From an uncultured Actinomycetota bacterium (lineage in GTDB: Bacteria; Actinomycetota; Actinomycetes; Mycobacteriales; Pseudonocardiaceae), in NCBI GenBank assembly GCA_963766275.1, contig CAVYAD010000043.1:216549-280548 (forward strand): 64,000 nucleotides of DNA, written 5' to 3'. Both the position numbers and the translations under genes were made by a program. Shown here piece by piece: positions 18,626 to 28,446 of this stretch (positions within the stretch are counted from its first letter, which is position 1; each line of letters opens with the position of its first letter). The notes beneath the pieces are model-generated. The model searched no databases. It was not told the DNA's origin and was given only the letters and a program-made list of their open reading frames with translations.

Positions 18626-19614
18626 CGGACACCCGCCGCGACCAGCACCTCGGCCAGCTCGTACAGCGCGGCCACGTCCACCCCGTCCGTCAGCTCGGGC
18701 AGTTCGAGCGTGGGCAGGTCGGATTCCGCGAGGAGTTCCTTGGCCTGCTGTTCGGCGCTGATCCTGATCGCGTGCTCGACTGTTTCGTCGACCAGACCCT
18801 CGATGGTGTCCTCGGGCAGCTCCAGACCGGCGGACAGCAGGCCGGCGCGCACCCGCGTCGCGTCGACCCGGCCGCCTGCCGCGGCGGTGACGGACCTGGC
18901 GGGCAGGCGGGACGGGTTCACCCGGTTCACCAGCACCGCGCCCGGTCGCAGGTCGGCGCCGTCGAGCTCGGAGACCGCGTCGAGTGTTTCCCGCACCGGC
19001 ATCTCCTCCAGCAGCGCGACCAGGTGCACGGCGGTGTCGCCGGAGTGCAGCAGCCGCACCACGCCGTCGCTCTGCCCCTTGATCGGCCCGACCTTCGCGA
19101 GGTCGGCCATGGCCTTCGTGACGTCGAGGAACTTGACCACGCGTCCGGTGGGCGGCGCGTCCAGCACGACGGCGTCGTAGAGGTGGCGCCCGTCCTTGCC
19201 GGTGCGGTTGACGCACTCCTTGACCTTGCCGGTCAGCAGCACGTCCCGCAGGCCGGGCGCGAGCGTGGTCGCGAACTCGATCGCGCCCATCTTGCGCAGG
19301 GTCCGGCCGGCGAAGCCGAGGTTGTAGAACATCGCCAGGTACTCGAGCAGAGCCGCCTCGGCGTCCACCGCGAGCGCGTGCACCTCACCGCCGCCGGGCG
19401 CGGACACGATCCGTTCCTCGGCGTAGGGCAGTGGGGCCCGGTCGAAGAGCTGGGCGATGCCCTGCCGTCCCTCGACCTCGACCAGCAGCACCCGGCGGCC
19501 TCCGGTGGCCAGCGCGAGCGCCAGCGCGGCCGCGATCGTGGTCTTCCCGGTGCCGCCCTTGCCGGAGACCACGTGCAGGCGGGCTCGGCTCAGCTCCTCG
19601 GTCCACGACGTCAC
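18622..19614 (-). CDS. ArsA/Get3-like ATPase (Rv3679-like)
   Basis: [16 protein letters not shown]. Confidence 0.92.
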   Translation of the reverse strand: MTSWTEELSRARLHVVSGKGGTGKTTIAAALALALATGGRRVLLVEVEGRQGIAQLFDRAPLPYAEERIVSAPGGGEVHALAVDAEAALLEYLAMFYNLGFAGRTLRKMGAIEFATTLAPGLRDVLLTGKVKECVNRTGKDGRHLYDAVVLDAPPTGRVVKFLDVTKAMADLAKVGPIKGQSDGVVRLLHSGDTAVHLVALLEEMPVRETLDAVSELDGADLRPGAVLVNRVNPSRLPARSVTAAAGGRVDATRVRAGLLSAGLELPEDTIEGLVDETVEHAIRISAEQQAKELLAESDLPTLELPELTDGVDVAALYELAEVLVAAGVR

Positions 19615-19658
19615 ACGTCCAGACTATGTGTGAACGAGGCCGGGTGTCGGTCAGTCAA

Positions 19659-19910
19659 TCAATCCATCATGGTGAGGAAGAAGACTGCCATCGCCGTCGC
19701 GGCGACAAGCGCCCACGCCACGACCGAGGGCAGCCACAGCGCGATGCTGAGCGTGACGACGCCCACGACCACCAGCCCGATCAGCCCGGTGCGCACGACG
19801 TCCGCGTGGTGGCTGTGCTTGCGATCACGCACCTGCGCCATGGCGACGAGCACCATCACCAGCCCACCCACGCCGAACAGGCTGGTGGCGATGATCCGCC
19901 AGGTCTCCAT
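19659..19910 (-). CDS. Small membrane protein (about 3 TM)
   Basis: METWRIIATSLFGVGG..., hydrophobic, high GC3. Confidence 0.7.
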   Translation of the reverse strand: METWRIIATSLFGVGGLVMVLVAMAQVRDRKHSHHADVVRTGLIGLVVVGVVTLSIALWLPSVVAWALVAATAMAVFFLTMMD

Positions 19911-19978
19911 GTGATCAAGGTAGCCCGAACGGCGAGAACCGCGCAGAGGGCGTTCGGGTGGCAAGTTAGGCTCCGAGC

Positions 19979-20134
19979 ATGACGAAGTGGGAGTACGCGA
20001 CCGTTCCGCTGTTGATCCACGCCACCAAGCAGATTCTCGACCAGTGGGGCGACGACGGCTGGGAGCTCGTCACCGTGCTCACCAACCCGACCGGTGAGCA
20101 GCACGTCGCGTACCTGAAGCGGGCGAAGGCATGA
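19979..20134 (+). CDS. DUF4177-type small protein (51 aa, not in ORF track)
   Basis: MTKWEYATVPLLIHATKQILDQWGDDGWELVTV...YLKR; TAGGCT 6 nt upstream; ATGA overlap with ridA-like gene. Confidence 0.9.
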   Translation: MTKWEYATVPLLIHATKQILDQWGDDGWELVTVLTNPTGEQHVAYLKRAKA

Positions 20135-20586
20135 CCACCTGGACCACGCGCCTGAAGGAGCTCGGCATCGAGCTCCCCGGCGTCGCGGCCCCGCTCGCCG
20201 CCTATGTCCCGGCCATCCAGAGCGGCTCGCACGTCTTCACGTCCGGCCAGCTGCCGTTCGTCGACGGCAAGCTGCTCGCGACCGGCAAGGTCGGCGCCGA
20301 GGTCTCCCCCGAGGAGGCCAAGCAGTACTCCGCGACCTGCATCCTCAACGCGCTTGCCGCCGTGCACGCGCTCGTGGGGATTGACTCGATCAAGCGTGTC
20401 GTGAAAGTTGTCGGGTTCGTGGCCTCCGCCGAGGGCTTCACGGGGCAGCCGGGTGTCATCAACGGCGCTTCGGAGCTCCTTGGCGAGATCTTCGGAGACG
20501 CGGGCAAGCACGCCCGGTCGGCTGTGGGGGTCGCAGAGTTGCCGATCGGCGCTCCCGTGGAGATCGAACTGATCGTCGAGGTCTGA
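20131..20586 (+). CDS. RidA/YjgF family protein
   Basis: SGQLP, INGASELL, HARSAVGVAELP. Confidence 0.93.
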   Translation: MTTWTTRLKELGIELPGVAAPLAAYVPAIQSGSHVFTSGQLPFVDGKLLATGKVGAEVSPEEAKQYSATCILNALAAVHALVGIDSIKRVVKVVGFVASAEGFTGQPGVINGASELLGEIFGDAGKHARSAVGVAELPIGAPVEIELIVEV

Positions 20587-20615
20587 TAGTCCCGGGTTCT
20601 GGGGAAGGGTGTGAC

Positions 20616-21218
20616 ATGTCGGACACGTGCCACGAACTGCTGCTGCGGCTCGCCGGACGCCTCCCGGACGACCTGCTGTGGCGGTACCGGGACTGGGCGT
20701 CCTCGGACGCGTATGCGGTGCTCGCGCGGTCGTTGCCGCGCACTCTGCTGCACTCGCGCATCCCTCTGACTGATCATGAACTGCGCCTTTTGCAGGACGC
20801 GCTCGTGCCCTACGGGGCGGAACCGGGCGCTGTCAGTTCGGTCAAAGGGCTGGACGAACTGCCACCCACCGACTACACCTTTTCCCCGGAATCACCTGAT
20901 CGGGTGCCGATGGGGGATTCCGCGACCGTAGTGCTCGGTGCGACGCTGCGAGGTCGGCACGGGGTAGGGGAAGTCCGTTCCTGCTGGCGCATCGGTCCCT
21001 CCGGGGTCCGTCGCGTTCTGCTGGTCGCGGCGACCACCGGCCACGCCCGGCTGACCGGCGAGCTGCAACGCGTTCTGCGGGCGCTGGGCGAGCACGACCC
21101 GTGTGTCGAGGTCGTGTCGTCCGGGATGGACCTGCCGCCCTACCACCGGGCGGCGCTGGCGGCATCGGAGCTGGTATGTGCCGGCGCCGAGTCCGAGGAA
21201 CACCTGGTGCTCAGCTAA
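20616..21218 (+). CDS. Hypothetical protein (paralogue of 21230..22363)
   Basis: HELLLRLAGRLPDD...RIPL...VRSCWR...RVLLV...VEV...YH. Confidence 0.75.
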   Translation: MSDTCHELLLRLAGRLPDDLLWRYRDWASSDAYAVLARSLPRTLLHSRIPLTDHELRLLQDALVPYGAEPGAVSSVKGLDELPPTDYTFSPESPDRVPMGDSATVVLGATLRGRHGVGEVRSCWRIGPSGVRRVLLVAATTGHARLTGELQRVLRALGEHDPCVEVVSSGMDLPPYHRAALAASELVCAGAESEEHLVLS

Positions 21219-21229
21219 GGAGACTTGAC

Positions 21230-22363
21230 GTGACGAACGACGGTGTCGGCCTGCCGGTCCGTCTGCACGATCTCCTGCTGTCGATGGCGGGCCGTGTGGA
21301 TGATGACGCCCTGTCGCAGGCACGCGAGTTCCTCGCTGTCGGTGAGCTCGACCGTGCCGTCGAACTTCTCGTCGGCACGCTCCTCGCGGGCCGCATCCCG
21401 GTGCTCCCCGACGAGCGGGCGGCCCTCACGTTCCTGCTGCACGAGGTGCGTTCCGACGGCGCGCTGACCGACCGCCTGCCGGTGGTCGAGGTCCTGCCGT
21501 TCGTCCGCCACCGCTTCACCTCCGAGAGCGACCCGGCCTCCGACCTGGCGCCGCTGCTGACCCGCGCCGTGTCCGTGCTGCCGGACGTGCGCTCGGTCCG
21601 CTGCGTCTGGCGTTCCTCACCCACCGGCTCCACGCCCGGCCCGCTGCCGCAGCGCGTCGTGCTCGTGGACATCGGCCCGCAGGGCTTCGCGCCCGCGACC
21701 TCGTACCGAATCGACTCGGTGCTCCGTAAAGCGGGCGTGCGCGCCGCGGTCGAGGTGCTGACCGTGGGCACGCAGCTCAGCGATTACCACGCCTCCGCCG
21801 TGACGTCGTCGCGTCCGGTGCCGATCTCGGGTGCTCCCGCTCCCGTCACCGCTCCGGTAGCCGCGGTGGCCGGCCACGATCCGACCCCGACCTGGTTCGA
21901 CCAGTCAGAAGAACCTTCCGCTGCGGCGCCGGTGGCCGAGCCGACACCGGCGCCGGAGCCAGTGGAGGAGATCGGCTCACGTCGTGCTCGCCAGTCCACC
22001 CTGGAGGGCTCGCAACCATTCCCGCCGAAGCCGGTGAAGCGGATCTCGGTGGCTCCCGCCGAGCCCGAGATCGAGGCTCTGCCCGAGCCCATGCCGATCA
22101 ACCGGGCCGAGGTCACCACCGAGCTGAACCCGGACGAGCTCGCCGCACTGCAGGCCGCGCTGGCCGAGTCGCCCGAGCCGTCCTCTGTGGACGCCAACCT
22201 GAGCGAGCGTGAGCGGGCCCTGCTGCAGCAGCTGCACGAGGAGCTGGCGCAGCGCGAGCAGACCGGGGTGAAGGCGAGCGACACCGGCCGTTGGCAGATC
22301 GACCGTTCTTCGGCTCGTGAGTCAGCGTTCGGGGTTACGAACAACGGGCACCAGCCGCAGTAG
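21230..22363 (+). CDS. Hypothetical protein with Pro/Ala linker and C-terminal coiled coil
   Basis: RBS AAGGAG; HDLLLSMAGRVDDD...RIPV...VRCVWR...RVVLV...VEV...YH; LSERERALLQQLHEELAQRE tail. Confidence 0.75.
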   Translation: MTNDGVGLPVRLHDLLLSMAGRVDDDALSQAREFLAVGELDRAVELLVGTLLAGRIPVLPDERAALTFLLHEVRSDGALTDRLPVVEVLPFVRHRFTSESDPASDLAPLLTRAVSVLPDVRSVRCVWRSSPTGSTPGPLPQRVVLVDIGPQGFAPATSYRIDSVLRKAGVRAAVEVLTVGTQLSDYHASAVTSSRPVPISGAPAPVTAPVAAVAGHDPTPTWFDQSEEPSAAAPVAEPTPAPEPVEEIGSRRARQSTLEGSQPFPPKPVKRISVAPAEPEIEALPEPMPINRAEVTTELNPDELAALQAALAESPEPSSVDANLSERERALLQQLHEELAQREQTGVKASDTGRWQIDRSSARESAFGVTNNGHQPQ

Positions 22364-22425
22364 TGGCGACCCGCGTCGACTCGATCAACGCGGGATCACT
22401 CGCGCAGGCCGAGCTTCGACGATCT

Positions 22426-22447
22426 TGTCGGACCTGCTGAGTACGTT
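22426..22447 (+). promoter_or_regulatory. PafBC/RecA-NDp-type promoter motif with no obvious downstream CDS
   Basis: TGTCGG-N10-TACGTT, exact TGTCGG-N10-TA-N3-T. Confidence 0.55.
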
Positions 22448-22669
22448 GAGATGTAGGGGTTCCCAGACCGGGGGGACCCCTGCGAAAGCGCGCGTTCGGG
22501 CGTTGTGGGCATGTCGTCGAACCGCTACCGACGTGCGAACGCGTCCACCAGCGCCGCGAAGGCAACGGGGCATCGCTGCACGTCAACGCACGCTCGACTC
22601 ACTCAGCCCGTGCGCCGACCTCCCGTGGCTCCGGCCGAAATCCGGATCTCACGCAACGCCGAAGCGGCG

Positions 22670-23560
22670 TCACGCCTCGGCCTTGCGCCTCGCCAGGTCG
22701 ATGACCCGCTGCAGGTGCAGGCCACGCCGCACGTCGCACTCGTGGGTCGTGGTGCCGCTGTGCACCATCGCCACGAAGTCGTCGAGCAGGTTGATGAAGC
22801 AGTCCTGGGCGGACGTGTCGCGGCTGTTCAACGTGCGGTGGCCGTTCGGGCCGAACACGGTGAAATCCGCGAACGGCGGCTGCAGCGGCAACGACAGGGT
22901 CAGCGTCAGCGTGCTGGTGGCGCCGCCCGCGTGCTGCAGGATCAGCTGCCACAGGCCGGTGTCCGACACGTTGGCGGCGATCACGTCGGTGATCTCGCCG
23001 AGTGCCGCGTCCAGCAGGTCGAACGCGTGCGGGCCGATGTCGTCCAGCGCGCCCTTCTCGTGGCGCCACGGCGAGTTCGAGAACGGCCCGTCCAGCAGCG
23101 CGCCCGTCAGCCAGCGCCCGTCCGCTCCCGTCCAGCCGCCCGTGCGGTGCAGCTGGGCCAGCAGCTCCTTGGTCTCCTGCGCGTAGCGGCGGGTCAGCAC
23201 CACCAGCGACGCGACCCCGGCCTCGGTGATCGCGGCGACGAGGTGCTCGGCCACCTCGACCGACTCCGCGATCGGCTTCTCCAGGATCACGTGCTTGCCC
23301 GCGTTGGCGGCCTCGATCGCCATCGGCCCCTGCACGCTCGGCGGCACACAGAACGCGACGGCGTCCACAGTGGACAGCAGGTCCTGGTACGACGTGAACG
23401 GCTCGGCCCCGTGGGCGTGCGCCAGCTCCGTCGCGGCCTCGGGCCGGCGCGCCCACACGCCGGTCAGCGTCGTGCCGGGGTGGTTCGCGATGCCGGGGGC
23501 GTGGATCATGCTCGCCCACGGGCCCGCGCCGACAAGTCCTACGCGCAGCTGTTCTTCCAC
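22670..23560 (-). CDS. Gfo/Idh/MocA family oxidoreductase
   Basis: VGLVGAGPWA, AGKHVILEKP, GALDDIGPHAFD. Confidence 0.92.
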   Translation of the reverse strand: MEEQLRVGLVGAGPWASMIHAPGIANHPGTTLTGVWARRPEAATELAHAHGAEPFTSYQDLLSTVDAVAFCVPPSVQGPMAIEAANAGKHVILEKPIAESVEVAEHLVAAITEAGVASLVVLTRRYAQETKELLAQLHRTGGWTGADGRWLTGALLDGPFSNSPWRHEKGALDDIGPHAFDLLDAALGEITDVIAANVSDTGLWQLILQHAGGATSTLTLTLSLPLQPPFADFTVFGPNGHRTLNSRDTSAQDCFINLLDDFVAMVHSGTTTHECDVRRGLHLQRVIDLARRKAEA

Positions 23561-23574
23561 TCGCTCATCCTGCC

Positions 23575-23931
23575 TCAGGAGTAACTCGCCTTGGGGACGA
23601 AGATCTCGCCTCCGTCGCGGAACTTCAGTCGCATGCCGTCGCCGGTGGTCTCGCGCGACGGGTCGTAGTCCCATCCGGAGGGAACGGTCACCACGTGGCC
23701 GCGGTCCGGCGACGGCCCGAGCCAGATCTCGTAGTAGGTGCCGCCGACCATCCGTTCGACCTTCTTCACGTACACGCCGGGGTTGGCGGACGTCGGATCG
23801 ACGCTGATCACGGTCGTGCGGTCGGGGATGAACAACAGCACGCCCGCCACGGTGGTGAGGCCGGTGCCCATCACCACCCCGAACAACACCAGCAGCATCT
23901 TCACCAGGCAGCCGGAGACCTTCGTCGCCAT
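23575..23931 (-). CDS. Hypothetical membrane-anchored protein
   Basis: MATKVSGCLVKMLLVLFG... TM then beta-rich domain; RBS GAGG. Confidence 0.7.
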   Translation of the reverse strand: MATKVSGCLVKMLLVLFGVVMGTGLTTVAGVLLFIPDRTTVISVDPTSANPGVYVKKVERMVGGTYYEIWLGPSPDRGHVVTVPSGWDYDPSRETTGDGMRLKFRDGGEIFVPKASYS

Positions 23932-23970
23932 CACACCATCCTCGAGTTGGCTCGGTCGTACGCTCGGAGG

Positions 23971-24765
23971 ATGCCCGAGGACATGACCTTGCCGGGAAAC
24001 CTGGTACCCACCTCGCCGGTCGCTCAACCCGCTGAGGCGCGCGACGCCGTCACCGTGGTGCTGCTGCGGGACACCTCCGCAGGCTTGGAAGCCTTCCTGC
24101 TGCGCCGGGTGAAGGGCATGGCGTTCGCCGGCGGGATGTCGGTCTTCCCCGGCGGCGGCGTGGACCGGCGTGACGCGGACATCTCCGTCGCGTGGGCAGG
24201 CCCGGAGCCCGCGTGGTGGGGCAAGGTCTTCGGCGTCGACCCGGCCACGGCCCGCGCGTTCGTGTGCGCGGCGGTGCGGGAGATGTTCGAGGAGTCCGGT
24301 GTCCTGCTGGCAGGCCCCGACGCCTCCTCGGTCGTGGCGGACACCCGCCCCTTCGCCGACGCGCGTCAGGCCCTGGTCGACCGCGAGCTGTCGCTGGCCC
24401 AGTTCCTCTCGGAGTCGAAGCTGGTGCTGCGTGCGGACCTGCTGCGCCCGTGGGCCAACTGGGTCACTCCCTACGACGAACCCCGCCGCTACGACACCCG
24501 CTTCTTCGTGGCCGCGCTGCCGTCCGGCCAACTCGCCGACGGCGCCACCACCGAGGCCTCCGACGCCGCCTGGCAGACCCCGGCCGACGCCATCGAGGAC
24601 GCCCGTGAGGGCCGCCGCATGCTCATGCCCCCGACCTGGCGCACCCTCGACGAGGTGGGCGAGCTCGGCACCGTCGCCGCCGTGATGGCCGAGGAACGCA
24701 GCGTCGAGAAGATCATTCCCAAGCTCGTCCGCGACGGTGACGTGATCCGGGTGATCCTCTCGTGA
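23971..24765 (+). CDS. NUDIX hydrolase (NUDT19-like)
   Basis: FAGGMSVFPGG, AAVREMFEESG, WVTP...RRYDTRFF. Confidence 0.92.
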   Translation: MPEDMTLPGNLVPTSPVAQPAEARDAVTVVLLRDTSAGLEAFLLRRVKGMAFAGGMSVFPGGGVDRRDADISVAWAGPEPAWWGKVFGVDPATARAFVCAAVREMFEESGVLLAGPDASSVVADTRPFADARQALVDRELSLAQFLSESKLVLRADLLRPWANWVTPYDEPRRYDTRFFVAALPSGQLADGATTEASDAAWQTPADAIEDAREGRRMLMPPTWRTLDEVGELGTVAAVMAEERSVEKIIPKLVRDGDVIRVILS

Positions 24766-25571
24766 GCGGCTCACCTCTGATCGGTGCGCGCGCCTCGCAC
24801 CCCCTGTACGGCGAACTCCGCCAGGTCACCCAGCACGCCGCCGTGCTGCTCGCGGACAACCCCTCGCCGATGACCCTCGACGGCACCAACACGTGGCTCC
24901 TGAAGGCTCCCGACGCCTCCTCCTACGTGGTCATCGACCCCGGTCCGCTAGATCTCGTCCACCTGAAGCGGATCGCCTCTCACGGCCCCGTCGCCGAGAT
25001 CCTGCTGACCCACGGCCACCCTGACCACTCCGATGGTGCCCGCGAGTTCTCCGAACTGGTCGGCGCCCCGGTGCGCGCGCTCGACCCGACGTTCACCTAC
25101 GGCTCCGAGGGCTTGGTCGACGGCGACGTCATCACCAGCGCCGGCCTCGAACTCCGCGTCCTCGGCACCCCCGGCCACACGAGCGACTCTCTGTGCTTCG
25201 TGATCGACGGCGAGGCCGTGCTGACCGGCGACACCGTCCTCGGCCGCGGCACCACGATCGTCGCCCACCCGGACGGCAAGCTCGGCGACTACTTCGACTC
25301 GCTGAAGCTCCTCGCCGACCTGCCCCCGGACACCGCCGTGCTGCCCGGCCACGGCCCCGAACTCGCCGACGCCGGTGAGGCCGCCCGCGCCTACCTCGCC
25401 CACCGCACCCAGCGCCTCGAACAGGTCCGCCGCGCCGTCTCGGCGCTCGGTGGTTCGCCGACGCCTAGGCAGGTCGTCGAGGTCGTCTACGCGGACGTCG
25501 ACCGGGTGCTCTGGCCTGCGGCCGAGTGGTCCGTGCGCGCTCAGCTGGAGTACCTGAACACTCAGAAGTGA
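24762..25571 (+). CDS. MBL-fold metallo-hydrolase (Rv3677c-like)
   Basis: THGHPDH, PGHT, GD, PGHGP. Confidence 0.93.
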   Translation: MSGSPLIGARASHPLYGELRQVTQHAAVLLADNPSPMTLDGTNTWLLKAPDASSYVVIDPGPLDLVHLKRIASHGPVAEILLTHGHPDHSDGAREFSELVGAPVRALDPTFTYGSEGLVDGDVITSAGLELRVLGTPGHTSDSLCFVIDGEAVLTGDTVLGRGTTIVAHPDGKLGDYFDSLKLLADLPPDTAVLPGHGPELADAGEAARAYLAHRTQRLEQVRRAVSALGGSPTPRQVVEVVYADVDRVLWPAAEWSVRAQLEYLNTQK

Positions 25572-25987
25572 GTGCGGAGGCGGGCGCACAACGCCCCTGA
25601 ATCACCTGAGGGCGCGCCCTTCCACGCCACCTCGTTCCAAGGCAGCTCAGCCGGCGTCCCCCGATGCCGAACGAACACGTGCTGATGGAAATGCGCCACC
25701 GACAGCCCCGTGATCATCGAGAACACGAACTCCGGATCCAGCTCGGCCCGCAACGCCCTGGCCACCAGCCGCACCGCCCGCGCGACCGCCTCCGCCTCGC
25801 CGACCGTGAGCTCGTCCAACGTCGCAACATGCCGCCGCGTCTCGACGAACAGGTGGCCGAGCACCCCGGCCGGCCGGTGCGACACCACGACAACCGAGTC
25901 CGTCCACACGACTGGGCCGACCAGCGGCCCGTGGCCCTGATGCTTGGCGCAGATCAGGCAGCCGTTCGTCACCCGCTGAGACGACAT
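25562..25987 (-). CDS. HIT family protein
   Basis: CLIC Zn pair, GHLFV, VAHFHQHV triad. Confidence 0.88.
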   Translation of the reverse strand: MSSQRVTNGCLICAKHQGHGPLVGPVVWTDSVVVVSHRPAGVLGHLFVETRRHVATLDELTVGEAEAVARAVRLVARALRAELDPEFVFSMITGLSVAHFHQHVFVRHRGTPAELPWNEVAWKGAPSGDSGALCARLRTHF

Positions 25988-26064
25988 GCTTCCGCTCCGT
26001 ACAAGATCCCGTTACCTTGCCGCGACAGAGCCTGACAGGGCTCTCCCGACAAGGCTCCCGAAAT

Positions 26065-26086
26065 TGTCAGGGGTCCTCGCTAGCGT
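26065..26086 (+). promoter_or_regulatory. PafBC/RecA-NDp-type leaderless promoter of dnaN paralogue
   Basis: TGTCAG-N10-TAGCGT then 7 nt to ATG 26094. Confidence 0.65.
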
Positions 26087-26093
26087 GCCGGGT

Positions 26094-27185
26094 ATGGACC
26101 TCACCGCCACGACAGCCGAGCTGGCCGGGGCCGCCGCCGAGGTGGCGCGGCTGCTGCCGACCCGCGTGTTCGACCCCGTGCTCGCCGGACTTCGCCTCCG
26201 CGCGGGCGCCGACGTGGAGATCGCCGGTAGCGATCACGAGCATGCCGTCAGCCTGGTCAGGAACGCGTCCGTGCACACCGAAGGCGAGGTGCTGGTGCCC
26301 GCGAAAGTCCTGGCGGCGACGCTCCAGGCCCTCGACGAGCCGCAGGTGAGGCTCACGAAGGAGGGTTCGCGGCTGGCCGTGCGCACGCCACGGGCGAGGT
26401 TCGCGATCCCGCTGCTCGACCTGGCGAACCACCCCGGCATCCCGGTGCTGCCGCCACTGCAGGGCCACATCAGGGCCGAAGTCCTCAAGACCATCGCGGC
26501 GGTCGCGGGCGCGGCCTCGAAGGACGACGCGCTGCCGATCTTCACGGGCGTGCGCATCCAGTCCGACAAGGAAAAACTGCAGGTGATCGCGACGGACCGG
26601 TACCGGATGGCGTACGCGACGCTGCCGTGGCAGCCGCGCGGCGAGATCGACGTGCTGGTGCCCGCGAAAGTTCTGGTCGAGGCGGCCAGGCAGACCCAGA
26701 ACGAGGTCGCGTTGCACGCCGACGAGGACCGGATCGGGCTCGCCTGGCGGCACAACTCGATCTCCACCGCACTCTTGGCCGCACCGTTCCCGGACGACCG
26801 GGCGCGCCGACTCCTGGAGGCAGTCATCGACAGCACGGTGCTCGTGGACGCGGACGAGCTGGCCCGCGCGGTCAGGCGTGCCACGCCCTACGGCGGGCCG
26901 CACCAGGCGGTGACGATCCAGGTCGAGGACAGCGAGCTGCGCGTCAAGGGCAGCGACCCGCAGCAGGGGGAGTCCGAGGAGTTCGTCAAGGCCACAGTGG
27001 ACGGTGACCGGGTGACGAAGACGTTCCAGGCGCGCTATCTGGCGGACGCGCTGAAGGCGTTCGCAGGCCGCCGGATCGAGCTCAAGATCCAGGACGGCCT
27101 GCGTTCCACCGTGCTCACGTCGACACCGGGCGAAGACGGTGTCGAGCTCACCTACCTCGTCGTACCGATGAGGTCAGTCGCCTAG
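26094..27185 (+). CDS. DNA polymerase III beta sliding clamp paralogue (DnaN-like)
   Basis: PVLAGL, GEVLVPAK, AASKDDALPIFTGV, ATDRYRM, FQARYLADAL, C-terminal YLVVPMR; about 363 aa; not in dnaA-recF context. Confidence 0.9.
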   Translation: MDLTATTAELAGAAAEVARLLPTRVFDPVLAGLRLRAGADVEIAGSDHEHAVSLVRNASVHTEGEVLVPAKVLAATLQALDEPQVRLTKEGSRLAVRTPRARFAIPLLDLANHPGIPVLPPLQGHIRAEVLKTIAAVAGAASKDDALPIFTGVRIQSDKEKLQVIATDRYRMAYATLPWQPRGEIDVLVPAKVLVEAARQTQNEVALHADEDRIGLAWRHNSISTALLAAPFPDDRARRLLEAVIDSTVLVDADELARAVRRATPYGGPHQAVTIQVEDSELRVKGSDPQQGESEEFVKATVDGDRVTKTFQARYLADALKAFAGRRIELKIQDGLRSTVLTSTPGEDGVELTYLVVPMRSVA

Positions 27186-27190
27186 AAAAC

Positions 27191-28444
27191 TCAGCGAGCG
27201 GCGAGTTCCATCTCGGAACGCGAAGGCAGCGGCTCCGAGTGGGGCACGCCGCGCCGGACGGTGGCGCGGAGCAGCCACACCGCGAGAGCGATCACCAGGC
27301 CGGCGACGCCCGCCGCGATGAACGCGGGCCGGGTGCCGAAGTGCTCGATCAGCTGACCGGACAGACCCTGCCCGATCGCGAGACCGACGGTCACCGAGGT
27401 GATCACCCAGCCGAACGCCTCCGCGGCCATGCCGGACGGCGTGACCTGCTCGATCGCGGCGGAGTGCGCGGTCGACTGCGGCGTGATCAAGGTGCCGACC
27501 AGGAACAGCGCGACACCGAGACCGATCAGCGTGGCAGGGATCGCCAGCAGGAACGCCAGCAGCGCGAAGCCGCCGAGCAGCACCGGCAGGCGCAGGTGCA
27601 TCGGACGCGGCCACGGACGCATGCCGTAGAGCACGCCGAAGATCACGGAGCTGATCGACCACAGCGACAGCATCAGGCCACCCATCGAGGCGTGACCGGC
27701 GGCCTTCGCGAAGGCGGGGACCGCGACCTCGACGAACCCGATGGTCACACCGAAGCCCAGAGCGGCCAACGCCACCGTTCGCATGCCGGGGTAGGCGAAG
27801 GCGCCGAGCAGCGGGCGCGGAGCCTGCTCAACGGCACCCCATGCGCGCACGACGGGGTTGAAGGCGAACCACAGCGCACCGATGACCATCAGCACGGAGC
27901 CGACCACCACACCGGTGCCCGCCCACGGCGCCGCGAGCAGCACGCCGGCGAGACCGGGGCCGAGGATGAAGAAGACCTCCATGCTGATCGACTCGTAGGC
28001 GTAGGCCGCCATCCGGGTCGGGCCGGAGGGCAGCATCCGCTCCCACAGCGCACGGGAGGCCGAGCCCACCATCGGCTCGGTCGCGCCGACCCCGAGTGCC
28101 ATCGGGACCAGTACGAACACCGAGGCGCCGGACTCGACGGCGATCACCGAGGCGGTGACGAAAAGTGAGAAGAGGCCGGTGACGACGACCAAGGGGCGGG
28201 TGGGGCCGAAGCGGTCCATCAGCCTGCCCTGGACGACCGAGCCCATCGCCACGCCCACCAGCGCCGCCGCCGAGACCAGGCCGGCCGCCGCGAACGAACC
28301 CGTCTTGCGCTCCACGTAGAGCAGCAGTGAGAGCCCGACCATCGCGATGGGGAGGCGGGCGAGCAGAGACGCGACCACAGGGCCGCGCATGCCGGGGGTC
28401 GTCAGGGCTGCGCGGTAGTCGGAGAGGCGGGCAGAGTGGGACAT
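27191..28444 (-). CDS. MFS transporter
   Basis: GRLMDRFGPTRP motif A; about 12 TM. Confidence 0.9.
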   Translation of the reverse strand: MSHSARLSDYRAALTTPGMRGPVVASLLARLPIAMVGLSLLLYVERKTGSFAAAGLVSAAALVGVAMGSVVQGRLMDRFGPTRPLVVVTGLFSLFVTASVIAVESGASVFVLVPMALGVGATEPMVGSASRALWERMLPSGPTRMAAYAYESISMEVFFILGPGLAGVLLAAPWAGTGVVVGSVLMVIGALWFAFNPVVRAWGAVEQAPRPLLGAFAYPGMRTVALAALGFGVTIGFVEVAVPAFAKAAGHASMGGLMLSLWSISSVIFGVLYGMRPWPRPMHLRLPVLLGGFALLAFLLAIPATLIGLGVALFLVGTLITPQSTAHSAAIEQVTPSGMAAEAFGWVITSVTVGLAIGQGLSGQLIEHFGTRPAFIAAGVAGLVIALAVWLLRATVRRGVPHSEPLPSRSEMELAAR

Positions 28445-28446
28445 GT

